Shown: piece by piece, positions 29,189 through 41,595 of the stretch
How the letters are laid out: every line of letters starts with the position of its first letter
Position numbering within the stretch: position 1 is the stretch's first letter
Source of the DNA: the human T2T-CHM13v2.0 reference genome, Homo sapiens
Length of the DNA stretch: 64,000 nucleotides
Strand: one strand, 5' to 3'
Assembly: GCF_009914755.1 (NCBI RefSeq)
Contig: NC_060934.1
Translations under genes and position numbers: made by a program
Notes under the pieces: model-generated
Databases searched by the model: none
What the model was told of the DNA's origin: nothing
Seen by the model: the letters and a program-made list of their open reading frames with translations, nothing else

Positions 29189-30444
29189 GTAATCTAGGAA
29201 CTCTGAATATAAAGTACATATTGTTGATAGCAGGGCTGTGCCACACCAGAGCTGATCACAGTTGTGGAGACTGCCCCTGGAAAAAACACACTTGCTAACA
29301 CTCACCTGCAATTCTCCATTTGATTTCATATTTACAGACAAGCCTCTGTCTCTGAGGCTAATTCAAACACTGCTGGCTGAGTTGACTGCACACTCTGTTC
29401 CTACGTTTCCAAATAGTGCATTACAAGATTATTAATTTTTTAACACAACTTTGTTTACTATCTCCAGAATTTATGAGGTGCTCGCTAGAAGAAATTTGCT
29501 CTTCATGAAGGGGATTGCCTTGCACTGTCTGGAATTTGTGCAATCTCAGGGCTGTTCAGGCAGACTCACCAGCAGCAAGGAGGCCTCTGGGAACTTCCTA
29601 CTTTCTGCATTTCCTATGCCTCGAGCCTACCTGGAACCCCCAGGTTCTGCTGTCGCTGGTCATCTCAATTGCAAAGGAGGGTGCGGCAGAGGAGGTGTTA
29701 GGCATGTGGGCCCAAGCTAGCTTTCCCATCGTTTATATTTTTTCTTTTCAAATTTATGATTACTGAAGTATTTTTTGTGTGTTTGGTCATAATTTTGTCA
29801 TCTTTCATTCTAGCTTTCGGGGTTATTTTTCGATGGGGAGAGATTCTGTTTGGTTTTACTTCCTTGCTATGACCTTGGTTTTCTCATTTCCAGCATGAAT
29901 ATCATGGTGGTTTGTTTGCCTTCATTTTCTAGGGCAAATGAAAGTTATAAACCTGATTTTAGGTATTTTTAAAGAATATTGAAACTACAATTTCTGTAAT
30001 TATCAAAGTCAAGAGTGAAATCGTGCCTTCTGACTTAATCTAATATAAAAGAAAAATTAAAGATTCATTTTCTCACTCCATTTAGGTTTTGGGAATATAG
30101 CGTAGAGATTAAAACTCCTGTTTTGAAGGATATTTGTATTCAAACTTCTCACATTCATTCTTTGAGAAAAGTTGTTTTCATAATTACTTGAGCCACTTGT
30201 CTGAGTTTTCCAGAGTTCATCATCTTTGCTTCTATCTAAGGGCCTGAGATAAAGCACTTTTAAAATCTAGGTTTCTAGAAATCTCTTTCTCAGCTCCAAG
30301 AACTCGGTGGCATCATAATCAGGATTGTCATTTTCTGTATTCATCCTGTAGCTGTATGTTCGTGGTCTCCCCCAGGGAAATGGGTATTGTCCTGCTTTTT
30401 AAAGGACTCTTTAAAAAGTATAGTCACAATAAATGTGGCACTTA

Positions 30445-30720
30445 AAGTTTTGGGATCCAACTTACATGAGTATTTAGAGTAGTCAAATTCATAGAGACAT
30501 AAAGTAGAATGGGGGTGCCAGAAGCTGGGGGGAGAAGAGAAGGGGAGTTGTTTAATGGGTGCAATTTAGCAAGATGCAAAGAGTTATGTGCATGGATAGT
30601 GGTGATGATAGCACAATAATGTGAATATACTTAATACCACTGAACTGTATACTCAGAAATGGTTAAAATGGTACATTATATGTTATGTCTATTTTACTAC
30701 AATTAAAATTATTTTAAAAT
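30445..30720 (+). mobile_element. L1MB-type 3' end
   Basis: gtagtcaaattcatagagac...ggatagtggtgatg...ccactgaactgta...aaatggttaaaatggta. Confidence 0.85.
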
Positions 30721-32041
30721 CTTTATAGGATCAAATATCTAGAGATAATACTTATTGAATTTGTGTTAGATTTTTTTTTTACCTCATTTTTCCCCCCTAC
30801 CGAGTCTATTGGTGACTTTTATCAGAGTTGGATCCAGTAGGTCTAGAGTGGAGTCTGGGCATCTGTGGATTTTTAAAAGTGATTTGGGTAATTCTGACTC
30901 TCTTCATTGATATCTCTGTTCTATTATCCGATTGCAAATGGTACCTTTCACTGACTTTGTCTCTTACCCAATGGTCAACTCTTTGAGAACAGATAAATAT
31001 TCTGCTCACCCCTGCACTCCCTACAGCATCTAGCAAAGCTCTTGTAAACAGAAGATGTTCAATAAATAGCTGTTTATTGAGATGAGAGGAAAACCTAAAG
31101 TATAAATATTCCATGCACGGTGGTGTTACCCATTGACTTATCAAAGGCTACCATCCTCTCTAAGCTCTAGAAAGGGTTACCTGCTTCTGATTTCCTGTAA
31201 GACACTAGGGAACTGTGCTCTGTGACCAGACTTCCTTGGACTCTCAGCATGAGTTCTAATTGACCCAATCATCAGATGCTCTTCTTAAGTGTGCAAACTA
31301 ACATGAAAGAATAGTTTTTGTTCTATAAAAGTTTAGAAAAGGTAAAAGAAAAGAAGAGTCTTCTCCTCTTATCAGGCTCTTCAGTACCTTGGTTCTCTCT
31401 AGTCTAAACAAGAAAGGTAAGTGCCATATGATGAAGGTGTCAGATAAGCACAACTCCTGCTGAGGTGTCCTATGCTGTGTGAGACAACCAAGGGCCCTGG
31501 ATGCCTGGGGACAATGATGAAACCAGCAGCATAAAGCCAGATTTATGGACAAGTAAATTGTTTATATCAGGATTTCCCCTGTTTGTTGTAGAGAAGATAT
31601 TTTCCAAAAATAAACCAGGACTTATCAGTTCAAAAAATGCTCCTTTATTAGTCTGTATTCCCAATTTTTCTGTGATAAACATGTTATACTTAGAAACAGA
31701 AATAATCATTATTTACAAATCAGGATCCCTGATTTCAAACCTATAAGACATTTGTTATGAGTTGGAAGGTTGCCCATCTTTTAATGCCCAACTGCGAATA
31801 ACCAACAGGATTCTTTAAAAATTATTAGGGCCATTGACTTTGATTTGACCGTATAAGAAGTAATAAAGATCAAAACCTTACCTGACTAGGGACTAGTTCA
31901 TCTATTAATTCATTCAGCTAATAATTATTGCATGCCTACTGTGTGCCAGACACTAGATGAGATGCTGCACATCTTTCAGTGAACAAGATTACCCCAATCC
32001 CTAAAGACCTTATGTTTCTGAGAGAAAGAGACGCTAAATAA

Positions 32042-32810
32042 TTTTTAATAAACAGCCTCATTGAGACATAACTGACATACAATAAGTTGCACATATTTAA
32101 GGTGCTCATTGTGATGAAATTTGACAGGAAGATACACTTGTGACACCATCACCACAATTAAGATAATGAACATATCCATCACCTCCAAAGGCTTCCTCTT
32201 GTCCGTTTGTAATCTTTTCCACCCACTTGTCTCCACTTCCCCATTCTCAGGTAACCACTGATCCACTTTTGGTCACTATAGACTAGTTTGCATTTTTAAG
32301 GATTTTCTGTAAATAGAATCAGAGAATATGCCCTCCTGTTGTCTGGCTTCTTTTACTCAGCATAGTTATTTTGAGCTTCACCACTGTTGTTGAATATATC
32401 AAAAATTCATTCCTTTTAATTGCTGAGTAGTATTTCATTGTATGGGTATACTACAGATTTTTGTTCCTTCACCTTGATGGACATGTAGATTGTCTTTAAT
32501 TTTTGGCTATTTTAATTAAAGCTTCCATGAATATTCATGTGCAAATCTTTATATAAATATATTCTTCCATTTTTCTTGGGTAAAAGCCTAGGAGTAGAAT
32601 GGCTGGATTACATTATATATGTATGTTTAACTTTTTAAGAAATTGTTTTTCAAGGTGCTTTTTACTGTTTTGCACCCCCAAAAGCAGTGGATGAGTGTTC
32701 CAGTTTTTCCACATCCTTGTCACTAATTGGTATGGTCAGTCTATTTAATTTTAGCCATTCTAATAGCATGGTATTTCATTATGATTTAATTTGCATTCTA
32801 GTGGCTGATA
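32042..32810 (-). mobile_element. L1MC/L1MD-type 3' fragment
   Basis: Reverse L1 3' end (ttgagacataactgacatacaataa...accatcaccacaattaagataatgaacatatccatcacc). Confidence 0.85.
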
Positions 32811-34489
32811 AACATGACTAATATTACAAGTATTATGAGTTTGTGTAAGTGGGAAGCAAAATCTCAACTACGTGAGTGCCTTTTCTCGAGAATACTGATT
32901 ATTATACAATTCCCAAAGCCTAATACATATCTTTCCAGTGGATCTAGTTTTTGTGTGAATCTGACAGTCACTTGAGTAATAATCTGATATTTGGCTACTC
33001 TCTGCCTCTTCTGTAGGCTCATAATCTCTGTTTGGATATGGATATGCCTGAATATTTCCCTGAACTGGTCCATTTTCAGCTCAGTGAATTTATGGGTGTT
33101 TAATAAATGCCTAATCTTTCCCAGACCCAATCCTACCCCTCACATTCCACTTGTGCCAACCTTTCCCAAGGAATGAGTTCCTCTGCAAGTGAAATGTTCA
33201 GAACCTTTTTCTTTAGCTTGCACAAAGATAAAGGTGAAATCTTGCTTTTGTGTCATTTGCTGTGTGGTTACATAACAAGATCGCTGGCCCCAAGACAGAG
33301 CTGAAGGGAGTGAGGAATAGAATACTTGAGTCCTAAGTCAGGGAAAAAGAAAACGGATGCAGATATGGCTCATCCTGCCAGAAGCCTCCAGGCCCACACT
33401 GCTGTCTTGCAAAGTGGCTCAGCAACTCCGTGGTGTAGGGCCTTGGCTGCTTATGAGAGGGAGCAGGGTGGGATGACTTTGCTTTTTGAGTCTGAAACAA
33501 GGAACCAGATTGCTTGGCACCCTGGGTGTTCCTTTGCTCCAATATGAGTTTCTACAACTAAGAAAGAGAAAAAACAAAATATAGCAGAAAGCACACTCTT
33601 TAGTTTACTGGTTTTATGTTTCTACTTAATCTTCATAGTTGATTATTCCTTGGTCAAAATGAAAATTCCTTTTCTCATTTCCTCAAATATTTAAAATAAT
33701 GCCTTAGTTGTGGCCAAACAGATTAAAAGAAAAATAAACATTAAGTGAATGTCCCTTGGTGATATTTGCAGGAAAAGTGAAGACATTGAATATTGCCAAG
33801 AGCCATTCCCAGCTACCTCATGAAGATAAGCAAAGGTTCTCAGCAATCAGGGAAATTAAAACACTTCTCTGCAGAATTATCAGCCCTCACCTTTTCTTTG
33901 TACCAGGCAGTTTAGTCTTGACAATCCCTTGCGTTGTACCTTCTCTGCTCCCCCTAGCCCTATATTGTCTTATCTCTTGTACCACCTGAATGTCGATGAC
34001 AACACTGATTTTATTGGCTTTCTATATTTAGGACCCTTTATCACTGATTTAATGTTGCAATCTCTTTGTCATCCCTAAGAATATTCTACTGCAAGTACTT
34101 GTTAAAGTTAGAAGTCTAAATTGATTTTATTTGGAACTTACTGATACGTGTTGTGAGATGGCTTGAGACAATATAGCATCCAGTCATGAGACAAATTTTT
34201 CCTAAAAAGAGGATCAGGTTGGCCTAGTGTGGGCTTGGGGTCTGTCACTAGTCTCATTGAGTAGCCAGGAGGAGCAGGGAGGTGTGGCACAAATATGACC
34301 ACAGGGACCACCTTTGCATGTCCTCGAAGAAAGGGGAAGAGCACATAGTGGACACTCCAAACCTGTCTGCTATGTGGAGAAAAAGAGCAATGGATCCTAG
34401 CTCCACTTTCCAAATAAGACTAGCTCACCTACTGACTTGCATTCAACACTATTCTGTGACAGCAGTGTGTACCACTGGCATCATCCTGG

Positions 34490-34700
34490 TTACCATAAAT
34501 GTTTATTGAGTGACAGGCCTGGTGCTAAGTATCTATGAGCATTATTTTTTTCAATTCTCATGCAACCCTAAGAGACAGATGCTATCATTATCCAAATATC
34601 ATGGATGAGGTTAAGTTACTTGCCCAACATGATACAACTGGTTAGAGGCGGAACAATTCTATCCAAATCCATCTTGCTCCAAAGCACAGTCTGGAAGCAT
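34490..34700 (-). mobile_element. MIR
   Basis: tttattgagtg...gaggttaagttacttgcccaa. Confidence 0.65.
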
Positions 34701-36003
34701 CATGCCAGGGTACCTCTCATAGTTTTCTGATGATTCCTTTATAGATCTGTTACATCCTAATAAGCCAAATGTCTCTCTCCAGCTGGCTATGATAATCATT
34801 CACGGCAAATTTATTACACGTGGCTTCAACTGGCTTCTCTAGTTCTTGCTTCTCTGCCCTAAGCACTGATTTTCTAAGGACCGTAATTCTCCTAGAAAGA
34901 TTTTGCAAATCACATGATAGTCTTTTCCCAAGGTTCAAAGTAAACAAAAAGAAAAGAAATACCCAAAGCTGCTTTCTAAGACTCTGACAATAATCTGCAG
35001 GAGATGTAAATTCTAAGTGACTACCATCTTCAGCAATTTCTAGCACAGTCTCTGGGTGTTTAGCCAATTCAAAATATTATAGTGTCCTCACTATGTTATA
35101 ATTTTTTCAAAATAATATCAAATGCCAAAGCTTTCCTTTCCATCTTGATTTGTGTTGTAAATAGCTCTATTTAATTGTTTGCCATTATCTTTACTGATAT
35201 CGCTTTTAAAATTTTAGTATCATTTTAGGGACACAGCTTGGTATTGGCTATAACACAATATGTTCTCTCTCTGAAGAGAGACCACAATTATTTGAGATGT
35301 GTTCAGGCGTCTCCCCTCATTTTACATTATGAGGAATATTCATGAGTATGCTATCAATATTCAAACAGGACACATTAAATTTTGCTCCTGGGGAAAAGCT
35401 GTGTAAGGGTCAAACATAAAATTAAGATCTTGCCTGCTCTTTAGAAGAATGATGTTTATCTCCCCCGTGCAAGAAAGACTCCAGATGGTAACCAAGATTT
35501 GCAAAAGATGAAACTGCTCACCAATTCATTTATTCCAGGCTGATGTTCAGCTCTCATTAAGTCCTAAAATGTTAAAAAAGATGCTTGTTTTGATTCCTTA
35601 AAGACTTATGATACTACTGGCTGATGTCCACCTTCCCCTCCCCCAAATCTGAGAGAAGTAAGTGAATATTTTCTCTGCTGAAGCATTTAGAATGGGTAAT
35701 TGCTTTCATTTCAGACATTTTTGTGAAATCAAATAGTAAACAGGGTTTTAAATTCTGTTTCCCTCAAGTTGCATGAGCTTAAAAAAATTTCTGTGGAGAA
35801 TTTTATTTCTTGTGCTGCAACTTTAATAACTCCATTAAGGCTCCTGCTTTCTTTCTGATCCCCAGCTGTGTATATTTGGGTGTGGAATGTAATTTTCTCT
35901 GGCTACAGCTAGAAGGAAGCTTCTTAAAATGTTCAATTTCTTCTAAAATGTGAAACACAATCAAGTTTCTCCTGGGAAAATAATGAGCATTTATTGACTA
36001 ATT

Positions 36004-36332
36004 CAAGAGTCTGCAGACTTTTTCTGTAAAGGGCCAGATAGTAAATATTTTAGGTTTTACAGATTATATGGTCTCTGTTGTAAGTCTCTTCTCTACCTGT
36101 GTGGTGTGAAAGCAGGTATATAATACTAACTGAGGATGGCTGTGTTCCAAAAAATACTTTACTTATGGACGTTGACATTTGAATTTCAAATAACTTGTAC
36201 ATGTCATTAGTATTATTTTGCTTTTTTTTTTATCAACCATACGAAAATATAGCAACCATGTTTTGCTCAGGAATGACACAAAAAACAGACAGCAAGTCAG
36301 ATTTGGCCCATGGGTCCATTTGCTGACTCATG
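36004..36332 (+). mobile_element. MER58B hAT-Charlie fossil
   Basis: tttttctgtaaagggccagatagtaaatattttagg...ttatggac...tttgaatttca...gatttggccc. Confidence 0.82.
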
Positions 36333-36798
36333 TACTAATTCATTAGGTCAATTTTTTTTTTGAACATCTACTATGTACAGTGAGAAAAACAGACATAATA
36401 CTTGCCCTTACATTGCTTATGGAAGAGAAAACTATTTGGAAATATTGAAAACAAGGACATTTTCAAGTTTGGGAGAAAGGACAGCTTGCATTTACTTAAT
36501 CATGTCCCAGGCAATGCCTCCAAAAATCTTGACCATAGGTAGTTCTGTACAGTTATGTCTGAGTATCGCTAAAAGCTGAGGAATATTTGTCTCGAGTTGG
36601 CTTATAGCCCCATGTGGCAGGAACAGAAGCCATTTCTCAGTCTGTGAAATGCAGGGACTTAATTTCCTTCAATAAATTCACACTAAAGATGGTAAGCTCC
36701 TTGAGAGTAGAACATTGTACTTGATCTGTATCTCTGCTGTGAGCACAGGTCAGCCCAGTGGAAAAAGGTTATGTGTAAAAGCACTCAGAGTTCCTTAG

Positions 36799-36990
36799 AA
36801 CTGCACTGTCTAATATGGTAGCCACTTCTCGTGGTGTCTATTTAAATTTAGATTTAAATTAAATGTAATTGCGTTTAAAATTTATTTTCTTTTTGCATTA
36901 GCCACATTCAAGTACGCAATAACTGCATGCATTGGACAGTGCAGATGCATGTTTCCACTATCATAGATTGTTCCCTTGGGCAGAGATGCT
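36799..36990. mobile_element. MER3 hAT-Charlie fossil
   Basis: gcactgtctaatatggtagccact...tagccacattcaagt...attggacagtgcag. Confidence 0.75.
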
Positions 36991-38057
36991 TTAGAACATA
37001 GGGATACTTTTCTTCCCTCTGCTGTTGCACCCAAGCAAATTCATTGTGAAACTATGAATTCTGTAATCTCATCCTCCCTTGGCAAATGGTGAAGAGGTAT
37101 TTTGGAGTACAAGAATGAAGGTGGTTGTACTATCGGATGGCAGCAGCATTGTGTGATAGTCATTGAACCTCCCTGAATTCCCACATAAAAAGAGATAAAA
37201 GTAACTCAACAATAATTGAGAAACTCATAGTCAATATTTACAAAAACATTAAATGATTAGGTATCCCTCACAAAATCCAAGATACAAATAGGTGGGGACA
37301 AACCTCCAACAGCCAGGGAACCTCTATGTGGAAAGAAGTGGAGGGAAGTAATGGGGCATTAGAAGCCATGAATGAGGAACCCAAATACCCAGAAGATATT
37401 CACAGCAAAACAATCTTACTAATTTTTGAACAATGAATAAAACTGGGAGTAAGTGAATGGAAGAATTCCTTAGCGAGTTCTGAAAGGGGATGAGGCAGTC
37501 CACATAAATTTGAATTTGAAACTGACTGGCCAGGGCTCCTTTCTGGGACAGAAATTCATACCAAGGACAAATATCTCAGAATGGAATCATTCTCAGCTAA
37601 AGTAAGGTAGGAAACAACACCAGGAAAAATTTAGAAAGTGAGCTATCATATTTTTGCACACTTGAAAACAACAACAAGAACAGCATCAACAAAAGCCCAG
37701 AAGAGGAAACTCTGAGGAGCTAGAAAAGTTATTCTGAACATTGCCTCCTTCAGGATAAAATAAACTCATATAAAAATAAGCAGCAAATCTAATTCCAGGT
37801 CAGAGTTATAATAAGAAAAAAATGAGAATAAAGAGATGAATAATATCCATAAGACAGTGAAAGCATGCTGAAAAACCAAGCCCAGAAAACTAACCTACTT
37901 TCAAAGTGAACAAAAAGACATTTGAAAAATGATACCTAATATGAAGAAACAATATAAATTAAAATCACAAAAACTCAGAATGGATACACCAAACTCCATA
38001 AAGAATTAGAAGTAAAATTTTAAAATATACTTTAAAAATGAAGACTAAACTTTTTAA

Positions 38058-38184
38058 CCCATCGATGGCTAGTGTTCCTGTTGGAACGCTAAGTTTGTAG
38101 TAGTTATTTATATCCTACTGCTCAAGGTCATCGCCAAGTTCTGATTTTTCACACAAAAAATTTGCAACCTCCAGCATAAATGGG
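38058..38184 (+). mobile_element. MER85 piggyBac MITE
   Basis: TTAA TSD on both sides (38054-57 and 38185-88); CCCAT...ATGGG terminal inverted repeats; body gttatttatatcctactgctcaaggtcatcgccaag. Confidence 0.93.
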
Positions 38185-38779
38185 TTAAGGAATACAAAAC
38201 TGAGTGGTTTTTAAAACCAAAAAGAAACAAAGAAAGAAATCAAGAGAATTCAAGTGAAGGTCGCAGATATTGAAGATGGGCAAAGAATATCCAATATGCA
38301 GACAACAGGCTGCTTAGAAAAGAAAGCAAGAGAGCAAAACAAATAGCAAACAAAATTTGGAAATCATTTACTGAATTAAATATCTAAAGCTACATAGTTT
38401 TGTAAAACCCCACCTATGTGATAATATCAACACAGAATGATCAGTGTCAAAGTATACAATAATGAAATGACTAGACTTTTAAGAAAAAAATAAAACTTTG
38501 GGCATCTAGACAAAATGAATAAGTGATTTAGAGAGAAAAATGAATAAGTAATTTAGAGAAAGAAAATGAAGTGATTATCATACTTTTGACAGCAATGCTT
38601 TATGTCAGAAGAAAATGGACAATATGCTCAAAGAAAATGTGAGCCAGGTGTTATATCCAGCAAAACTGACTTCAAAGTATGAAACGTGCAATGTATTATC
38701 AACAAGAAAGAATTCAGTTTATGTGATTCTTCCTGAAAAATATAAAGTAGAATGTGAACTTCAGACCAACATATTGGTA

Positions 38780-38952
38780 TCTGCATATTGGATATTCTTT
38801 GCCCATCTTCAATATTTGTTACCTTCATTTGAATTCCCTTGATTTCCCTCCTTGTCTGTTTTTGGTTTTTAAAATCACTCAGTTTTGTATTTCTTAATAA
38901 TTTTAGTCTTCATTTTAAAAATAGATTTTTAAATTTTACTTCCAATCATTTA
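38780..38952 (-). repeat. Inverted local copy of 37999-38302 lacking the MER85
   Basis: The reverse complement aligns across both MER85 flanks with a single TTAA. Confidence 0.92.
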
Positions 38953-39073
38953 CCGAAGACTGGTGGTGAGCAGTAAGTATATAGTAGTTTGTGGAACTAT
39001 AAAACTACATAAAGTTAAAAAAGAGAGAGTATAGTGTGCATAGCTATCTGTATCTGTACATATATAAAGTGTT

Positions 39074-39081
<8 letters not shown>

Positions 39082-39122
<41 letters not shown>
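39082..39122. repeat. (TA)n microsatellite
   Basis: About 20 uninterrupted TA units. Confidence 0.97.
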
Positions 39123-39124
<2 letters not shown>

Positions 39125-40540
39125 TATGGCAATGTAGATATGATACAACTATTTTTTAAAGGGAGAGAATAAAGAGAGCATATGTAGGAAATTCTTTAAT
39201 AATTTTAATAAACATATTACAGTTGTAATATTTGTATTATCATTGTTATTCTGAAGCTATTAGGCATATATTGTAAAATGAAGCAAATAAGTCATCCCTT
39301 GGTTTTGAGAATTTCATCAGGATTCTCAGGGTGGAAAAGAAGAGATACAGATGTGATATACAAAAGGACCCTATAGCCCTGCATTTAAATTAAAAATATC
39401 TTATTAACTCATGAGATTTGTATTAATAAAACTTAAATACATACATATAAGCAGGAACATAGAAATATACGCATACATATATCCCAGCTCTTTGCACTTA
39501 AAAGCCTAGAAACAATGTCCTATCTGCTGATAGTTTTAAAATACCATTTTCTATCAAAAGAAATCATGGCTGATCCCAGGTCTGGGGTAGAAAAAGGGCA
39601 ATGTCCTGGAACTTATTGACACAGCAGATGGCAAGAAAGTTATCGAAGACCACTAGCATCATATCAAAAGTCAACTTGACTGGGTTCCCACTTGCTAGAG
39701 ATAGTACAGTTATTACTCCAATGAGGATAATAATTGCAATGGATTAAAACTCATTAAATATTTGAGTTCATAAGTTTATAATAATAGTTTTAAAAAAACT
39801 AATTGGTTCACTTCACAGATTTTCATTATCTTGCAAATTGAAAAATAAAGGGAAAGAATGGTGCTTTTTTTTTTTTCTGTAAGAACCATACTACTGGGTA
39901 ACCAAATAGTAGGTGAGGGAAAGCATCTCTGTATAAAAACACTCCAATTAAAAGAAAAAAAAAGATGAAATTAGAAAAACACCATTTAAAAATCCCCACT
40001 CAACAGATCTAGGCATTATGAATTAATAGCCACTAACATCACAAAAAGAGACAACTAGATATTGTTTGCCTCCCAATGACAGAACACAACATACCTTTAG
40101 TCTTATCAATGGGATCAAACTTGAGTCTGATCAAGCCTTTGGATCCCGCTGCAGTTTGACTGAAATATTTAGGAAAGAGGGACATATGGCACTGCACAAC
40201 GAGTATTCAGTCAACAAGATTTAGGCTGCTGGAAACTATAGGTTACGTGGCCTGTGTTTTTCAACACATAAATGTAAGGAAAAGAAAGGGATGGGGGTAA
40301 TCCTGGATATTAAAAGACATTTAAATGACAAATAATTTTTTAAATGGGAAGATGAAACTAGTGTCTAGGGATACACACTGGGGTGAAAAATCTAAAAAGA
40401 AACCCAAGGAAGTGACTACTATAAAAGTCAGAATGGAGGGAGGTATAATTGGGAAGGGGCTCAAGGAGGAGCTCTGGGATAGCTGACCAAGTTTGATTTC
40501 TTGACTTGGCGGTTACAGGATACTCACCATAGAAAAATGC
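39125..40540 (+). mobile_element. L1MC4-like 3'UTR fragment
   Basis: gtggaaaagaagagatacagatg...catggctgatcccaggtctgggg...tactgggtaaccaaatagtag. It resumes briefly at 41161-41215. Confidence 0.65.
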
Positions 40541-40545
40541 ATTGA

Positions 40546-41145
40546 TTCTAGACCCAGCAATCCCATTACTGGGTATATGCCCAAAGGATTATAAATCATT
40601 CTACTGTAAAGACACATGCACACCTATGTTTACCGCAGCACTGTTTACAATAGCAAAGACTTGGAACCAACCCAAATGCCCATTAATGATAGACTAGATA
40701 AAGAAAATGTGGCACATACCCACCATGGAATACTATGCAGCCATAACAAAGAATGAGTCCATGTCCTTTGCAGGGACATGGATGAAGCTGGAAGCCGTCA
40801 TTCTCAGCAAACTGTCACAGGAACAGAAAACCAAATACCGCATGTTCTCACTCAAAAGTAGGAGTTGTTAAACAATGAGAACACATGGATACATGGAGGG
40901 GAACGTCACACACCAGGGCCTGTCAGGAAGTGGGAGGCAAGGGGAAGGAGAGCATTAGGACAAATACCTAATGCATGCACGGTCTAAAATCTAGCTGATG
41001 GATTGATAGGTGCAGCAAACCACCGTGGCACATGTATACCTGTTACATGGCACATGTATATCTATGTAACAAATCTGCACATTCTGCACATGTATCTCAG
41101 AGCTTAAGTAAAATTTTAAAAAGAAAAGATCATAAGGAAGAAAAA
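40546..41145 (+). mobile_element. 5'-truncated L1PA7/8 3' end
   Basis: gacccagcaatcccattactgggtata...gagagcattaggacaaatacctaatgcatg; A-rich tail; TSD agaaaaatgcattga/agaaaaactcattga. Confidence 0.92.
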
Positions 41146-41319
41146 AGAAAAACTCATTGAATTGCATATTTGTTTTATGTATTTTTCTGTATCTGTTTTG
41201 ATTTTTTTAAGGTGTTGACAGAATTTAGTTCAGAGAGGCTGGTTTAGCTGATGTCAGGACAGGGTACACTGTCTTATTTAGTCCCAGTTAAAACAGACAC
41301 TAGGGGAGGCGCTCAGGTT

Positions 41320-41595
41320 TACTATGTCTTAAAAGATCCCCCAAAGATTCTAATGCACAGTCCTTGTTAAGAAGCACTAGCCACATGGTAGTTCTTGAAG
41401 CATTGGACCAGCAGCTTCAAAATCAGCTGGGACGACTGTAAAAAAATGTATTTTCCTTACCTGAGAACTTGCTAGAAATGTAAATTCTCACACTCCACTT
41501 TGTCTACTGAATCAGAAACTCTGGGGCCCAACCATTTGTATTTCAGCAAACCCTCCCAGTGATGCTGAGGCAAGCTCTAGTTTGAAACCCTCTGC
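41320..41595. mobile_element. MER5-type fragments
   Basis: gattctaatgcacag...ttaagaagcact, and aacttgctagaaatgtaaattctca...ctactgaatcagaaactctgggg. Confidence 0.7.

Larger units (their letters stand above)
37135..39020 (+). mobile_element. Old L1M/HAL1 5'UTR-ORF1 remnant
   Basis: ORF1 motif (VLYPAKLTSKYE, compare RILYPAKLSF) at ~38650; A-rich coiled-coil-like region upstream. Confidence 0.65.

Noticed and set aside
38514-38577. Short ~24-bp tandem repeat (aatgaataagtgatttagagagaa) as a CRISPR-like array
   Set aside because: Only about 2.5 adjacent units with no spacers; a simple slippage duplication in eukaryotic DNA.
38615-38842. ORFs with VLYPAKL and IEDGQRISNMQI motifs
   Set aside because: Degenerate L1/HAL1 ORF1 sequence and its inverted copy.
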